Below, piece after piece: positions 59,632-60,812 of a DNA stretch of 60,812 bases. The notes under the pieces were generated by a model. The model worked only from the letters and a program-made list of their open reading frames with translations, had not been told where the DNA came from and ran no database searches. This stretch comes from an uncultured Clostridia bacterium. Its GTDB lineage: Bacteria > Bacillota > Clostridia > Oscillospirales > Oscillospiraceae. Numbering within the stretch: the stretch's first letter is position 1; each line of letters opens with the position of its first letter. Location: positions 1-60,812 of the forward strand of contig CAMUYE010000001.1 of NCBI GenBank assembly GCA_947164825.1. Reading direction: 5' to 3'. Position numbers and translations under genes: made by a program.

Positions 59632-60812
59632 TTGATTTTTCTGTTCCTCCTGGCAGCCGCCTCTCTTCTGGGCGGTCTCCTTGGCTCCGTTCTCTCGAAT
59701 CAACCCCGCCGCCGGCTCCTCCTGACCGCCCTGTTCCTGGCCCTGGCTGCGGCGGCCCTGTTCCTGGGGGGACTTTGCCTGTTGGCCCGGACCGCGAGCC
59801 TCACCGCCGCCATCGACCGCTTCTTCCCGGACCGCCCCGCCAAGCTCCTGGGCTGCGGCCTGCTCCTCGGCCTCTGCGTCCTGCTGGGCCTCCTGCTCGG
59901 CGTCCTCCGGTCCAAGGGCCTGCGCCGCTATTTCCGTAGCGTGTCCGGCAGCCGCTCCCATCGGGCCGCGATCCTCGCCGCCCTGGGCGGCAGCCTGCTC
60001 CTGTTCGCGGGCTGGGCCTTTCTGACCTGGACCCCGACCCCAGCGCCCATCTGCCTCAACGAGCTCTGCTGCGCCAACTTCTCCCTGTTCTCCGACGAAA
60101 ACGGGAACTGCGGCGACTACATTGAACTCATCAACACCGGCGACGCCCCCGCGGATCTGGAGGGCTATTACCTCTCCGACAACCCCAAACACCGGGATCG
60201 CTTCCGCCTCCCCGCCCGGACCCTGGAGCCGGGGGAAATCCTCCTGCTCTGGGCCGACGGCACGGGCAAGTCCGGCGTCGACACCGGCGGCAGCATTCAC
60301 CTAAGCTTTTCCCTGAACTCCGGCGAAACGGTCTATCTCAGCTCCCCCCGGGGAACCCTCCTGGATCAGATCACAGTCCCGGAGCGATACAAGAATATCT
60401 CCCTCTCCCGGCTGGACGACCAGTGGGTTCTGGCCCAAGGCACGCCTACGATGGACAACGGCAGGGGCGCCCTCTTCACGCCTCCAACCCTCGATCCCCC
60501 GACCCTCAGCCTGGCTGCGGGCTTCTATGAAGAACCCCAGACCCTGACCCTCACCGCCGCCCCCGGCTGCGAGATCCGCTATACCCTGGACGGTTCTCCC
60601 CCGGGGTTGGACAGCCTGCTCTATGAAGGCCCCCTGACTCTGACGGATCTCTCCGACCAGCCCAACCGGGTCGTCAGCCAGCCCAACACCACCCCGGACC
60701 GCAGCGGCGCGATCACGGAGCCCGTGGACAAGGGTACGGTGCTCCAGGCCGCGGCCTTCGACGCGGCGGGCAGCCGCAGCGAGACCGTCACCGCCGTCTA
60801 CTTCATCGGCGA
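59632..60812 (+). CDS. second LTD-CotH family paralog, N-terminal ~393 aa (runs off the window end)
   Basis: Not in the ORF track (no stop in window). TTG 59632 follows the same GGAAAGGAGGCGTCCG leader. MIFLFLLAAASLLGGLLGSVLSNQPRR...ICLNELCCANFS...YIELINTGDAPADLEGYYLSDN...FYEEPQTLTLTAAPGCEIRYTLDGS... is collinear with 56967..59564. Confidence 0.8.
   Translation, partial: MIFLFLLAAASLLGGLLGSVLSNQPRRRLLLTALFLALAAAALFLGGLCLLARTASLTAAIDRFFPDRPAKLLGCGLLLGLCVLLGLLLGVLRSKGLRRYFRSVSGSRSHRAAILAALGGSLLLFAGWAFLTWTPTPAPICLNELCCANFSLFSDENGNCGDYIELINTGDAPADLEGYYLSDNPKHRDRFRLPARTLEPGEILLLWADGTGKSGVDTGGSIHLSFSLNSGETVYLSSPRGTLLDQITVPERYKNISLSRLDDQWVLAQGTPTMDNGRGALFTPPTLDPPTLSLAAGFYEEPQTLTLTAAPGCEIRYTLDGSPPGLDSLLYEGPLTLTDLSDQPNRVVSQPNTTPDRSGAITEPVDKGTVLQAAAFDAAGSRSETVTAVYFIG

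Noticed and set aside
1-60812. tRNA, rRNA, tmRNA, SRP RNA genes
   Set aside because: No spacer has the length or cloverleaf/conserved-box features. All larger spacers are explained by repeats, leaders or terminators. A tRNAscan/Infernal run would be the definitive check.

Overview
High-GC (roughly 60-65%) Clostridia-type chromosomal segment, probably Oscillospirales-like, with sporulation markers spoIIID, ytfJ and dacB. I call about 52 protein genes, most on the minus strand. They are prfA (partial), an alaX-like editing protein, a Cys-rich membrane protein coupled to a small radical-SAM activase, and an ArsB/NhaD-type permease behind a riboswitch-like leader. Next come a MATE pump, a DUF853 ATPase, a VTC+DUF4956 pair, class-3 FBPase, an acyltransferase and metG. 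Two tandem paralogous Opp-type ABC importers with unusually enlarged subunits span 17.3-34.3 kb. They are followed by a Sir2 deacylase and the ylxM-ffh-rpsP-KH-rimM-trmD cluster. The remainder holds an ispH-rpsA fusion, plsC, cmk, a HI0933-type flavoprotein, rluB, dacB, ytfJ, DUF2953, scpB/scpA, an M50 protease, spoIIID, a CBS-pyrophosphatase, trxB and two tandem LTD-CotH kinase paralogs (the second runs off the window end). I saw no rRNA, tRNA or CRISPR. The very long ORFs in the track (1955, 1681, 1226, 1012 aa and others) are antisense artefacts of high GC content. The most unusual signal is non-coding. (1) A superfamily of GTAG-headed REP/REPIN-like palindromes has at least 16 units in the window. 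(2) AT-rich 7-bp tandem arrays flank palindromic cores and fill almost every intergenic spacer between 37 and 50 kb. These elements are not confined to spacers. Several sit in frame inside housekeeping genes (rimM, metG, scpB, the flavoprotein), and several supply the stop codon or last residues of the upstream gene. No transposase is present in the window. All functional calls come from reading the translations and the DNA, and no database search was run.
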